A stretch of DNA of 62,841 nt. Source: an uncultured delta proteobacterium (GTDB taxonomy: Bacteria > Myxococcota > Myxococcia > Myxococcales > Myxococcaceae). Of the stretch, positions 1 to 10,954 are shown piece by piece. Under the pieces are notes generated by a model. It was not told the DNA's origin, made no database searches, and was given only the letters and a program-made list of their open reading frames with translations. Position 1 is the stretch's first letter; every line of letters starts with the position of its first letter. The translations under genes were made by a program, and so were the position numbers. Where the stretch lies: assembly GCA_963796055.1 (NCBI GenBank), contig CAWCKH010000007.1, positions 1 through 62,841 on the forward strand, written 5' to 3'.

Positions 1-950
1 GTTCGAGCATCTCATCGGGTTGAGCCGTCCCGAAGTCACGGTGCATGAAGTCCTCGACCGGAGCGGTCTTCCCGGCTTCGGCCAGGCCACGGAGCAGATC
101 GGCACGGGTCAGGACTCCGACCGCTCGATGCTCCTCGATGACTGGAAAGTCCTGCTGGAACCCAGCCAGGGTCAGCTCCACCGCTCTGGAGAGGGGATCC
201 CGACGGCCGACCACCCGGAAGTGGGTGATCATCGCGTTCTGGACGGGCAGGCCAGCGAGGGCCAATCGCAGCTGGACGAGCGAGGACTCATGCTGTGCCC
301 CCATCCAGACGAAGAGCGCAATCAAGACCAGCATCGGGTTGAACAGCAATCCCAGCAGCCCGAAGACCAGCGCGATGGCCTGTCCCAGACGAGCCGCCAC
401 CTCGGTTGCCCGGGCGTAGGGCATCCGCAGAGCAAGCGCTGCTGGGAGGACCCGTCCTCCATCCATGGGGAAAGCCGGGATCAGGTTGAAGACCGCCAGC
501 GAGACGTTGATCCACATGAAGGTGGTGAGGAACGGACCGCCGGGGCCCGCTGGCGAAGTCGAGACGACCAGGGATCCGCCCGTGGCGCGGAGGATTCCGA
601 AGAGGCAAAGAGCGATGACCAGGTTGGTGAACGGACCGGCCAGCGCCACCAGCAGCTCCTGACTTGGCTTCTCGGGCAATCGCTCCAGGCTCGAAAACCC
701 CACCAGAATGGCAGGATAATCTTGGAGTTTCCGGGATGCCAAACCGACGAGCGGTCAGCGCATGGCTGAGCTCGTGGAGGACGACGGTGCCAAAGACGGC
801 CAAGGATGAGGCCGAGACTGCGAAGCGCCGCCTGGACTCCCCCCTGCAACAGGGCGGCGAGCCCCAACGAGAGCAGGAGGAGAAGAAACGTGGCGTGAAC
901 ATAGAGGGTGATGCCCGAAAGGTCGGCCGACCTTCCAGGACCAACGCCGG
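1..950 (-). CDS. Site-2 protease (M50 zinc metalloprotease) with C-terminal CBS domains; frameshifted, runs off the left edge
   Basis: Joining frames gives WSWKVGRPFG..., VVLHELSH (HExxH), VALAGP, FNLIPAFPMDGGR, then CBS-like FPVIEEHRAVGVLTRADL. Confidence 0.85.
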
Positions 951-1022
951 CGCGACCCCGTCCAGCGGGGAGGAATCAGCGCCGCCCCTCGTTTCCTGGG
1001 CGGCCGGTGGCTTCGCTGCCGG

Positions 1023-1417
1023 TCACGGCCCAAACGCCCGACGGGATGGGCGAAGAAAATCCGTTTCGGTCACGATGCCCATCAAGTGTCCATCGCTCCC
1101 AACGACGGGGAGTGACCCAATCTGGTTGTCCAGAAGCAGGTCGATGGCGGTATGGGCCGGTGTCTCGCTCGTCACCGTGACCAGGTTCCTGGTCATGTAC
1201 TCCCCGACGGGCTACCCTCTTCCTGCCTTTCGCCAGCGCCCGACACGTCCCGCGCCGACAGGATGCCGACGAGGTTGCCCTTCTCGTCGACGACGGGGAC
1301 GTGCCGCATCCCGCCCAGCCTCATCTCCGCCTCGGCGCGGGCACCAACCGAGTCGGTATCGCGAACGGTGACCAGGGCGGTCGACATCAGGCTCTCGACC
1401 TTCATCGTCGCTGCCAT
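1023..1417 (-). CDS. CBS-pair protein (frameshift near 1220)
   Basis: MKVESLMSTALVTV...MRHVPVVDEKGNLVGILS, then in another frame VGEYMTRNLVTV...IGSLPVVGSDGHLMGIVTETDF. Confidence 0.85.
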
Positions 1418-1490
1418 GAGACCCTCCGTAGCTTGCTGCTTGAGGCCGACGGGCCAAGCCGGCGGCCGCGTGAACCACCCAGGCAATCCG

Positions 1491-3423
1491 TCACACACCG
1501 AAAGGATAGGTCGTTGGCAATCCTTGTCTCCGCCGCCCCCGCGCCGGAGCGGATGGAGGGCGGTGCGTCTCGTCGAACCAGACCCATTCATCGAATTGCC
1601 TGGGAAGGCTGGCCGGGAAGTAATGACTCTGCAGCTCGGTTTCCGGCCGATAGATGACGCCGATGGCCCGTTCGAGGCGGACGGCCATGAGCTCCTCACG
1701 AAGGCGTCCCGACCGGGTTCCGGAGCGGAAGGAGGAAGGCTGGAGACCGGATTGATGGCAGAGCGCCTCGTAGCTCCGTGGGTCGGCCGGACGCACCGCC
1801 TTGACCTCATGGGGCTCGTCCCAGGCCGAGGCGGCGATGACGGTCCCGTGATCGGTGCCGAAGCCCAGGAGATACGCCTCCGAGCCAAGAGCGCCTGCGG
1901 CACAGCTGCCCGACGTTGTGCTCTCCTGTGCTCCCATCTCGGTGGCCGCCGCATCACCAGATGGGAGTTGTGTGCCCAGACCACCGCGCGGGAGTCGGGA
2001 CCGTGGAATCGAGGAGCGCGTTCAGCGTGTCGAACATGTGCTGGTCGCGGAGGTTCCACGATTCGACGTTGCCCCGGTACATCGCGCGGTAGTAGCGCTC
2101 GGCGTTCGCGACCACCTGGCGTTCTGCGCGCCATCGAGGAAGCGCTCCCCGTCCCTGGCAGCCGTACTCGAGGCGTCGGTCGAGCAAGTCGACGAGCACC
2201 TTCACGACCTCCTCCTCGCAGCTCTCGAATCGCCCGGTCACGACCGCGCGGCCGTAGGCGGCCGGATCCTCTGCCAGGGGGTCAAGCGCCGTACGTCTGG
2301 CGCGCGACGTTCGCCGCGGCTGAGGGATCCAGCTGTCGAGGTAGCGGAGCACCGCATCCGCCGACGTGAAGAGGCTGTAGAGGTCGAGCCCGTAGAACCG
2401 GCCGTCCTCGGGATCCTGGAGGTCGGCGTTGCTACTGGCGGAGCCATCGAAGAAGTGCGGACCTCCTCGTTACGCCACATCCAGGTGGGAAAACGGGCGA
2501 ACGGCTCCACGGGCTCGACGAGGGCGGAAGATGCCGCACGTAGCGGTCGATGCGCGCCGCGTCGGGCCAGTCCGCCTCGACGGCCACGATGAAATCCATG
2601 CCGCTCGATGAGCTCCCGCGTGATCCGTGCTCGCATCCGGTAGAACTCGCTCGTGCCGTGCGTGGCCTCGCCCAGCAGAACCACGCGGGCTCGGCCATGC
2701 GATCCAGCAGGGGGTGAGGATGGCGGTCTCGATGTCGTCGAGGCGCTCGGCCGACTCTCGCATCAGCCCCGCCAGGGCCCGCTCGGAGCGGGGTTCGCTT
2801 GCCGGGTTGCCATCCCGCCTCGCCGATGAGTGGGACGAAGCGGACATCCCCCAGCTCCTCGAGCTGCAGCGTCCCATCGGGTGCTCTCCGGATCGCACCA
2901 GGATTTGCACATCCGCGGGTCCCAGTGGCATGACCAGCCTTCCGCCCGGCGCCAGCTGCTCGAGCAGCGCTGGTGGGACGACCGGCCCCCGGCCGCCACG
3001 AGGATCGCATCGTAGGGAGCGTGCTCTGCCCAGCCCTGGGTTCCATCGCCCTGCAAGACGTGGACGTTGTCGTAACCGAACTCGGCCAGTCGAGCGCGGG
3101 CCGACTCGAGCCCGGCATGCCGCTCGATGCTGAAGACCTCGGCGGCAATGTGTGAGGCGATCGCGGCCGCGTACCCGGACCCGATCCGACCTCCAGCACC
3201 CGGCCAGGCTTCAGATCCGCGACCTGGGTCATCCAGGCCACGATGTACGGCTGGGAGATGGTCTGCCCCTCGGCGATGGGCAGGGGCGTGTCGGCGTACG
3301 CGAACTCCGCCAGTCCCTCGGGAATGAAGCGTGGCGCGGAACCTCCCGGAAGGCCTGAAGAACCTTCTGATCGGTGATTCCCCGCGCGGAGGAGAGTGAC
3401 CAGCCGGTCGCGTCGAGATTCAA
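1491..3423 (-). CDS. pcm: Protein-L-isoaspartate O-methyltransferase fused to an erythromycin-esterase-family domain; several frameshifts
   Basis: N-terminal [60 protein letters not shown]-terminal [60 protein letters not shown]. Confidence 0.85.
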
Positions 3424-3471
3424 GTGTTTCCACCCGGGCTCCTCCTGGTCGAGCCGTGCCTTGGACTCGGA

Positions 3472-3487
3472 TGCGAATACCGTGCCG
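3472..3487 (-). promoter_or_regulatory. Putative sigma-54 -24/-12 promoter of the pcm fusion
   Basis: CGGCACGGTATTCGCA on the minus strand (GG-N10-GC). Confidence 0.5.
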
Positions 3488-3526
3488 CGCCGGTACGCGC
3501 CCCATCAGCTGAAGTTCTGTCGCCGG

Positions 3527-4810
3527 TCACTCCACTGGACGGGCAACGAGCACTGGCATGTGCGCACCAGCCATCACACGACTGGCCACCGACCCCAGCA
3601 GCGCGCTGAGCAGAGCGGATCGTCCGCCAGCTCCGACGCAGATGGAATCGGCCCCGACACGCTCCGAAGTATGGAAGATGCAGGCAGCCTCATCGGAGCC
3701 GGCGGGCACGCCTGGGAGGATCCGGACCTCGGTCTCGGTTCGAACACCTTCGCCGGGCGGGACCAGCGTGCCCAGTCGCTCCAGCAGTGCCTTCTGCTCC
3801 GCCGGGGACGGCTGCTCGGGCGCGACGAAGACGAGGTGCAACGTCCCGTTCTCCCGAAGCGCGCCACACCCCAGGGCCACGGCTCGATTGCCCAGCGGGC
3901 TGAAATCCGTCGCTGCCACGACGGTGTGGAACCGTGTGGCACGCTGCGCCGGCTCCTTCGTGGCAGGAACGGCGGCCACGGCCATCTGCGCCAGTTGAAG
4001 CGCGTGATGCGAAACGCTCGCGAGCCGACTCAGGGCGCGGCGCTGGTGCGTCCCGAGGACCAGCAGGTCGGCGTTGGCCGCGGCGGCTGCCTCCACGAGT
4101 GGATCGGCTGGGCGACCCAATGAGGCCCGAAGAGATACGACCGTCTTCGAACACACCTCGCGGGCGCCGCCGATGACAGCGTCTACCTCCCTCCGGAGGG
4201 AGGCCTCGAGCTCGGCGCTAATCTCGGAATACGTGCGCGGCAATGGCAATCCGAAGCGGCGACAGTCGACAATCGGATAGACGATGCGAACCGCGGTGAG
4301 CTCGACCGGACCAGCCCGTGCGAGCCTCTCGACCAAGCCGAGCGCTGCGGAGGCCGCGAGCGATGCGTCCACGCCCACCGTGACTCGCAGCGGCGTCCCG
4401 CCTTCCCAGGCCGTGAAGCGCTCGGTTGTGCAGATGCCAATCATCGGCACAGGGCATTGCGCCGAGAGCCTGTCCACCGTTCCCCCGCGACCGCGACCTG
4501 GTTCTGGAGGCGGTCGCCCAGCCACCAGCAATGAGGCCCGGCAGCGCGCCACCGCGGAAAGGAGCTCAAGGTGCGTCTCGCCGGAAGCCACCTCCACGCT
4601 GACGGCCAGCCTCTCGCTTCGCACCCGACGTGCCTGCGCCTCCAGGCACCCGCGGATGAAAGTGTGGGCTGCGTCGCCGGGAATCCCTTCCAGCTCTGCC
4701 GGAAGCACATGGACCAGGTGGAGAGGCTCCTCCAGACGACGGGCGATTGCTGCGGCGCCCTCGACCACGAGTGGAGCGTCAGCGAACCGGATGGCCGCGA
4801 GAATCGTCAC
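3527..4810 (-). CDS. Universal stress protein with three tandem USP domains
   Basis: Repeated USP motifs TILAAI..LHLVHV, VTVGVDAS..DLLVLGTH, VVAATDFS..LLGSVASRV..PVLVAR; probable GTG start at 4810. Confidence 0.85.
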   Translation of the reverse strand: MTILAAIRFADAPLVVEGAAAIARRLEEPLHLVHVLPAELEGIPGDAAHTFIRGCLEAQARRVRSERLAVSVEVASGETHLELLSAVARCRASLLVAGRPPPEPGRGRGGTVDRLSAQCPVPMIGICTTERFTAWEGGTPLRVTVGVDASLAASAALGLVERLARAGPVELTAVRIVYPIVDCRRFGLPLPRTYSEISAELEASLRREVDAVIGGAREVCSKTVVSLRASLGRPADPLVEAAAAANADLLVLGTHQRRALSRLASVSHHALQLAQMAVAAVPATKEPAQRATRFHTVVAATDFSPLGNRAVALGCGALRENGTLHLVFVAPEQPSPAEQKALLERLGTLVPPGEGVRTETEVRILPGVPAGSDEAACIFHTSERVGADSICVGAGGRSALLSALLGSVASRVMAGAHMPVLVARPVE

Positions 4811-5027
4811 CGGAAGGAGGGGCAGCAAGCTGCGTGCCTGAGAGGTGCGGCGACCCCGGCGCTCCGTGAGGCAGAGTGCGAACCCAGGCGCGGTCCGTGC
4901 GGAGACGGTGCCGCCTCCGGGCCTCATCCAGCGCCGCGTGGCGGGTAAGTCACACGTTGCTGAAAACGCCCTTCCGCTCCAACGCGCAAGCCTTGCGTGA
5001 GCCGTCACCACGGACGAGCCAGCTCTC

Positions 5028-5043
5028 TGGCATGGGTGATGCT
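5028..5043 (+). promoter_or_regulatory. Putative sigma-54 promoter of the BON gene
   Basis: TGGCATGGGTGATGCT, about 40 nt upstream of ATG 5085. Confidence 0.6.
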
Positions 5044-5084
5044 TTTCAGGGTGACGAAGCGCTGACCGTGAAAGGGACGCCGAC

Positions 5085-5743
5085 ATGAGAACCGATGCAG
5101 AACTGCAGAAGGCAGTGCAAGAGGAGCTCACGGGTAGAGCCGACCGTCGTCGCCACCGACATCGGGGTCACGGTCAAGAACGGGGTCGTCACCCTCTTCG
5201 GGACGGTTCCTGAGTACACCAGCAAGCTGGCGGCCGAGAGGGGCAGCAGAGCGCGTCGCCGGGGTGCGTGCGCTGGCCAAGGACCTGACGGTGAAGCTCC
5301 CGGGAGAGAGCCTCCGCTCGGACTCGGAGATCGCCGAGGCAGCCCTGAAGGCGTTTTCGTGGGACGTGCAGGTCCCGGAGAAGCGTCTCACGTTGGAGGT
5401 GCAGAACGGGTTCGTGACGCTCAAGGGCGAGGTGAACTGGTACTTCCAGAGGAAGGCGGCCGAGGAGAACGTACGGAAGCTGACCGGTGTCGTCGGGGTC
5501 GGCGAATGGGATTCACAATCAAGCCGAACCTCACCGCAAAGGAGGTCCGGTCGAAGAATCGAATCGGCACTTCAGCGCCGGGCAGTCCGTGATGCCCGGC
5601 AAATCATCGTCGACGTGGAGGGCCGAACCGTCACCCTGCGCGGTGAGGTTCACTCCTGGGCGGAGCGGGAAGACGCAGAGCTCGCTGCCTGGGCCGCCGA
5701 AGGAATCTCCGAGGTCCGCGACGAGATCCGGGTTCGATCCTGA
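5085..5743 (+). CDS. BON-domain (OsmY-like) protein, three BON domains; frameshifted
   Basis: MRTDAELQKAVQEE, IGVTVKNGVVTLFGTV, VQNGFVTLKGEV, VDVEGRTVTLRGEVHSWAERE..AW. Confidence 0.85.
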
Positions 5744-5917
5744 GTCGCAAGGACGAAGCGCCTCGGCTGAACGCCGCGTGAGCCCATTCCGCGCACTGAG
5801 CGGAGGGGACCGACGTTTCACGCAATTCCTGCGTCCAAATTCCGGAGACTGCGCCTGGTCTCCAGTACTTGGGGGCGCATGGCCCATGCATCCATCTGCA
5901 GTGAAGGAGATACGGCC

Positions 5918-6196
5918 ATGACCATGTTCGCATTCCTCAGCTGGATCGTGCTCGAGGCGGTAATAGGAGCGGTGCTCGCGACAGTCTGGAAGGAGCGGGG
6001 ACTCACCCTGGCCTGGGGGACGGCAATCGGCGGGGTCGGTGGAGTGGCGGGCGGGCTGATCGCTCGGTTCGTCTTCCCGGCCGGGACGGTCTTCGACGGG
6101 TTGGCGCTGGCCGCTGCCCTCGTGGGTGCAGTGGTGGCCATGTTCATCGCCAGGTCCCGCGTGGAGCAGAAGGATCGGCCAGGCGCCACCGTCTGA
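5918..6196 (+). CDS. Small membrane protein, GlsB/YeaQ/YmgE (transglycosylase-associated)-like
   Basis: GAAGGAGA RBS; three Gly-rich hydrophobic helices. Confidence 0.6.
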   Translation: MTMFAFLSWIVLEAVIGAVLATVWKERGLTLAWGTAIGGVGGVAGGLIARFVFPAGTVFDGLALAAALVGAVVAMFIARSRVEQKDRPGATV

Positions 6197-6282
6197 TCGA
6201 GCGCAGGTTCCTGAGCATTCGCCCGGGTCTGGAGCCGCTCGGGAGATACGCCGCCGCCGCCGCCAGCATCTCCTTCTTGCGC

Positions 6283-7079
6283 TCAGACCCGGTGAAGGGT
6301 TGCGTAGAGGAGCACCAGCGGACCGGTGAAGAGCACCGAGTCCACCCGGTCGAGCACGCCTCCATGAACCGGAATGAGATGCCCCGACGTCTTCACGCCC
6401 CGCGCACGCTTGAGCAGTGACTTGCTCAGGTCTCCCAGTGGACCGAACACGGACGCGAGGATGGCCACGACCGCAGCGTCCGTCCAGGAGAGCTGCACCA
6501 GTCGGGCGAGGCACGCAGCCTCCGCGACGGCCAGCGACCCGACGAGGCCGCACCACCAGCCTTCCCAGGTTTTGCCAGGGCTGACCCGGGGTCGAGGTGG
6601 TGCCGCCCGAAGCGCCGTCCTCCGAAGTAGGCAGCGGCATCGTTCGCCGCCGCTGCCGCCAGCAAGCAGAGCACCCAGGCCCGCCCTTGCTCCAGCTCGC
6701 GCAGCGCAGACAGCGCCAGAAGAGACCCACCGCAGAACACCGTCCCCGAGACCAGGGCCGACGCTTTCTGCGCGCCCTGGGCCGCATCGCCGCGAAGGGC
6801 GTTCCAGGACCAGCTCCGGATCGAGATCCCCAGGACCAGCGCCGTGGCAACGGCCCAGCGTGGAGCAGCCGAGGGGAGCACCGGGAGCGCCGCGCTGGCG
6901 ATGACGGCAAGCCACGCGTCGGCCCCGAGCCGTCCAAGCGCGAGCCGGAAGAACTCGAAGGACGCCAGACCGGCGACAATCGCGACGCCAACTGCAAAGG
7001 GAAGACCTCCCAGCCAGACCAGCCCGATGACCGGAAGGGATCGAGACGGCAGCGGCCAGAAGTCTCCGCCCGAGCTCAC
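6283..7079 (-). CDS. cdsA: Phosphatidate cytidylyltransferase; frameshifted
   Basis: DAAAYFGGRRFG, SPGKTWEG, GDLSKSLLKRARGVKTSGHLIPVHGGVLDRVDS signature. Confidence 0.85.
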
Positions 7080-7121
7080 GGTCCCGAGGCCTGCTCCCTC
7101 CCCTCGCTTCCGTCTCCAGTG

Positions 7122-7352
7122 TCAAGTCCCGAGAATCCACGATTGCCTCGCGGGTACGGTCCTCGGCACCCACGCCCCGTCGCTCTTGACGTAGGAACGC
7201 TTCACCGCCGCCCAGGCGATGCGGTGCGACATCCGGTCCTCGCCCCACCGCTCCCAGGCGTGGTTGAACGCGGCCCGATAGATGTCCTGAGCATGCTCCG
7301 GGAGATGAGCTCGGACCCCGGGCGGGAGCTCCTCGTTGCTGGCATAGGGCAT
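7122..7352 (-). CDS. chaB: ChaB family protein
   Basis: MPYASNEELPPGVRAHLPEHAQDIYRAAFNHAW...AWAAVKRSYVK. Confidence 0.9.
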   Translation of the reverse strand: MPYASNEELPPGVRAHLPEHAQDIYRAAFNHAWERWGEDRMSHRIAWAAVKRSYVKSDGAWVPRTVPARQSWILGT

Positions 7353-7379
7353 CGGCGCGCCTCCGTGACGGAGCACACG

Positions 7380-7395
7380 TGCATCGTGCAAGCCA
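7380..7395 (-). promoter_or_regulatory. Putative sigma-54 promoter of chaB
   Basis: TGGCTTGCACGATGCA on the minus strand, 28 nt upstream of the ATG. Confidence 0.55.
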
Positions 7396-7563
7396 CTGGC
7401 GATGGCGCCTGGAGACTCCTGCCTCGGCAGCCCCTCGCCGACATGCGGTTCCAGAGAAACCCGAGTTCCAGGAGTGCCGTCAGGATGAGGGCGGAAAGCA
7501 CATCCTCACGCTTCGGGTGGGGAAGCGCGGGCCCCCGCTGCCGGACAGACGCCCGCTCATCAC

Positions 7564-8148
7564 CTACTCGGTGAAGGACGGGGCCTTCTCCGAACCACAA
7601 TCCCCCAGTCGACCATCGTCCGCACGGCCCTCGTTTGCCGGTGGCTCGTCCTTGTAGCTCCACGGGTGCCCGCCCGAGGAATTGCCTAAGCGTCGATCAC
7701 CGGGGGGGACCGGCCGTGACCTGCGCGGCGCCGTCTTCTCGATCAGTGCAGTTCCCTGGTTGTTGACCATGACCCAGCGGCCCGCGCGGCGGAGGAAGGC
7801 CTTGGTGAACCGTGAGCGGCCTGGCCCGAGGACGAGGTCCCCGGTGAGGATGGCGGTGTCCCCGTACGCCCTCACCGTCAGCCGCGTGGGCTCGAGCGGC
7901 GTCCGCGGACCCGTCGGCGCACGCATCTGAGCGAGCACCTCCGCCTTGGACATGATCCTGCCGTCGTCCGAGATTCGACGGTAGTCCTCGGCGAGATGGG
8001 GTGCGTATGCGTCGAGCTCGCCGCGGCTCAGATATCCGGCGAGCGTGAGCTCGAGCTGCTTGATCTCCGTCTCGACCGCGGGAGCGTGGTCGGCGGTGAC
8101 CGGGGGAGTGGCGAGCACCAGGACGGCCACGGCGGCGAGCGGGTGCAT
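7564..8148 (-). CDS. Secreted NTF2-like (DUF4440/SnoaL-type) protein; true 3' end may be earlier
   Basis: Signal peptide MHPLAAVAVLVLA; LAEDYRRISDDG..VRAYGDTAILTG..RFTKAFLRRAGRWVMV. Confidence 0.7.
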   Translation of the reverse strand: MHPLAAVAVLVLATPPVTADHAPAVETEIKQLELTLAGYLSRGELDAYAPHLAEDYRRISDDGRIMSKAEVLAQMRAPTGPRTPLEPTRLTVRAYGDTAILTGDLVLGPGRSRFTKAFLRRAGRWVMVNNQGTALIEKTAPRRSRPVPPGDRRLGNSSGGHPWSYKDEPPANEGRADDGRLGDCGSEKAPSFTE

Positions 8149-8319
8149 GGGCCATGCGTACCTTTCCCCGACCGGTCGCTCACGGAAACCGGATGGGGGC
8201 GTCGTGCGCCGCGGGTCGTCCGAGCCGCGATTCGATCGAGCACGCAGGAGCTGCGCCCGTCTGGAGGCAATCCTGCACGCCATGCGCGGAGACGCGGGCT
8301 GTCTCGGGCTTCACTGGCC

Positions 8320-8335
8320 TGGCATGGTCGATGCT
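8320..8335 (+). promoter_or_regulatory. Putative sigma-54 promoter
   Basis: TGGCATGGTCGATGCT, 28 nt upstream of ATG 8363. Confidence 0.6.
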
Positions 8336-8362
8336 GCTTCTCGCGGTGACGGATCGGATGCG

Positions 8363-9613
8363 ATGAACCGCACGGCCAAGTGGATCGCGGCGGGCGCTGG
8401 GATCGTGAGCGCGACGTATGCAACGTACGTTGCCACCGCATGGGCGCGGTACGGCCGGAGGAAGCCGGCAAAGGGCGCTGCACGCGATGCCTTGCTCGAT
8501 GCGTTCATGCCTCGCTACGACGTCTGCGAACGGCACGCGATCGACCTCGCCACGCCCGCCGAGGTGACGCTGGCGGCTGCGAAGAACCTCGATCTCGATC
8601 GCTCGCTCCTGGTGCGGGCGCTCTTCAAGGGCCGCGAGCTGCTCCTGCGCAGCCGCCCGGACGCGCGGGCTCGTCCCGAAGGCCTGCTCGAGCTGACGAG
8701 ATTGCTGGGCTGGGGCGTCCTCGCCGATACCCCGGGCGAGATCGTGATGGGCGCGGTCACGAGGCCGTGGGAGGCCAACCCCGTGTTCCGCGCGGTTCCA
8801 CCGGCGGAGTTCGCCGCGTTCGCCGAGCCCGGGCAGGTGAAGATCGTCTGGACGTTGCGGGCGGATGCGGCCGAGGACGGCAGCTCGACGTTCCGCACCG
8901 AGACTCGCGCGGTGGCGACCGACGCGGAGTCACGCAGGAAGTTTCGCTGGTACTGGTCGTTCCTCTCGCCCGGCATCATCCTCATCCGCCTGGCGCTGCG
9001 GCATGCCCTTCGAGCGGCGGCGGACCGTGCCTGGCGCCTGACGGGCGACGACTTTCTCCCCGACGTGCGAGCGCAGCTCACGCACGCGATGACCATTACC
9101 GCACCTCCCGAGGAGGTGTGGCCGTGGCTCGTCCAGATGGGCTGCCAGCGCGCGGGGTGGTACAGTTGGGATCGCCTCGACAACGCCGGAAAGCCAAGCG
9201 CGGACCACATCGTCGCGGAGCTGCAACGACTCGCGGTCGGCGACGTGCTGCCCTGGAAGCCCGAAGGAACGGAAGGCTTCGAGGTCCTGAGCATCGAGCC
9301 GGAGCGCGCGCTGGTGCTGCAGAGCGTGGGGCCGCAGTTCGAGGGAACGTGGGCGTTCGTGCTCGAACCGCTCGCGGGTGGCCGGACCCGCCTCGTCGTG
9401 CGTTACCGCGCTGCGTACCCTCCGAGCGTGCGCATGGCGGTGACGCTCCAGGTGATGTCCGCGATCAATGCGTTCATGGAGCGCAAGCAGCTGCGCACCA
9501 TCAAGCATCACGCCGAACGCGTGCACAAGAGGCCGCGCTCTGGTTCCTCGCGGGGCATCGCGCCCGCGAGCAGAAGAACGGCGCCGCAGAACATCAGCGT
9601 ATCGAACAGGTAG
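8363..9613 (+). CDS. Two-domain SRPBCC/START-like protein
   Basis: LLDAFMPRYDV..TETRAVATD..FRWYW domain, then TITAPPEEVWPWLVQMGCQRAGWYSWD domain; 3' end overlaps the convergent gene, so the stop is uncertain. Confidence 0.7.
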   Translation: MNRTAKWIAAGAGIVSATYATYVATAWARYGRRKPAKGAARDALLDAFMPRYDVCERHAIDLATPAEVTLAAAKNLDLDRSLLVRALFKGRELLLRSRPDARARPEGLLELTRLLGWGVLADTPGEIVMGAVTRPWEANPVFRAVPPAEFAAFAEPGQVKIVWTLRADAAEDGSSTFRTETRAVATDAESRRKFRWYWSFLSPGIILIRLALRHALRAAADRAWRLTGDDFLPDVRAQLTHAMTITAPPEEVWPWLVQMGCQRAGWYSWDRLDNAGKPSADHIVAELQRLAVGDVLPWKPEGTEGFEVLSIEPERALVLQSVGPQFEGTWAFVLEPLAGGRTRLVVRYRAAYPPSVRMAVTLQVMSAINAFMERKQLRTIKHHAERVHKRPRSGSSRGIAPASRRTAPQNISVSNR

Positions 9614-10432
9614 TTCAGGCCGTTGGAGATGCTCGCGCGGTCCACCACCGCGATCGGGACGTAGACGACCAGGACCACCAGGAGCACCGTCAGGCCAAGC
9701 CAGGTCGCGGCTGCGCGGGTCTTCTTGCCAGCGAGCAGGAGGCCAGCGGCGAGCACGTAGACCACTCCCGTCAGATACGTCCAGATGCCGTGCCCTGGGA
9801 CGTACTCGGGAGTGAGCCGGTTCAGCGGAACGCCAGGGACGTGATCGCCGTGCAGGAGTTGCTCGACGCCAAAGACCAGCACGGGAAGTCCGACGAAGTA
9901 GCGCGAGATCGTCGCGAGGATTTCCTCACGCTCGGCCCGCGGCTGCCAGGGCCAGAGCGCCGCCGCAGAACGCGAGCTGCCGGAGCGCGAGCGTGAGCGC
10001 AAACCGGTCTCGCGGGTCCTGTGTCCAGGCCGGGACGTCCATCAGCACGACGAAGAGGAAGAACGTCACGGCGAGCAAGCTCGCCGCAAGGCGCGCCTTC
10101 ACCCTCGTCACGAGGCTGAGCGCCGCCGCGATGAAGCAAGCGCCGACGAAGCACGCCCAGAATCGATGCCACGGAATCCACGCCGGAATGAGTGACGCGA
10201 CGGCGTCCGTGAACGTGAAGTGCTCGGTGCCGAATGCGGCGAGCGGTGCCGCGTAGAAGGGTGGCCCGAGCAGATGAGCTTGTCGGGCCTCGCGCCTAGA
10301 CCAGTGCCCGAAGAGAGGTGCAACCAACCAGGGCGCGAGGACCAGTGCGCTGACGGAATAGGACCAGATTACGTCGCCGGGGATCGCGGCCAGGACCAGG
10401 GTTGCCGGCGAAGGGAAGAAGTTGCCGCTCAC
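9508..10432 (-). CDS. DoxX-like membrane protein (two repeats); frameshifted
   Basis: AAGGAG RBS and GTG; FYAAPLAAFGTEHF..IPAWIPWHRFW and LVFGVEQLLH..PGVPL..WTYLTG repeats. Confidence 0.7.
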
Positions 10433-10738
10433 GACGACTCCTTTCACGACCTCACGCACGTCCCCATGGAGGTGCTGGCACGTGTGCCGGCAGTTCGGCC
10501 AATCGGACTCGACGGTCGAAGAACCGGGAGGTTTTCGCAGCCGCCGCGCGCACGAGTGCTGCAAACGGAGTGGTGTTGACGTCGCCGTCGCACCTCACGC
10601 GCGAGCCCGCGCGCGTTGACCCTCTGATCCGCAGGTGGTAGAGCCTGATGGTGACTTCCCGACCCGGTTGCCGGGCAACCCGAGGTCCGGGAGCTCACAT
10701 GTCAGTGTCGGAAGTCCCCGCGTCGCTCTGGGGGCGCG

Positions 10739-10954
10739 TTGGCACGCTGCAATCACCTCCGACAGCGGCACCCGCTCCACGACGAGGCGCTTCTGGTCTG
10801 TGCCTGGCCGGGGTGCCCCGAGGGGACCCGGAACGGCGTGATCCAGGTCCCCATCTCGGACGACTTCGGTCGTTCGCCGGTCCTCATCCGCTTCGAGCGC
10901 GAATCCGTCAAGCAGGGGCCGCGCTTCGCCTTTCGCTGGAGAAGCGCGCAGTGA
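10739..10954 (+). CDS. Hypothetical small protein
   Basis: 71-aa ORF whose stop overlaps the next start (GTGA). Confidence 0.3.
   Translation: MARCNHLRQRHPLHDEALLVCAWPGCPEGTRNGVIQVPISDDFGRSPVLIRFERESVKQGPRFAFRWRSAQ

Noticed and set aside
1491..2700. Macrolide resistance gene (ere)
   Set aside because: The domain is fused to PIMT in a stress cluster; family membership alone does not imply resistance
1..10450. Programmed frameshifting in the stress genes
   Set aside because: Several indels per gene, with no consistent slippery sites noticed; sequencing error is simpler
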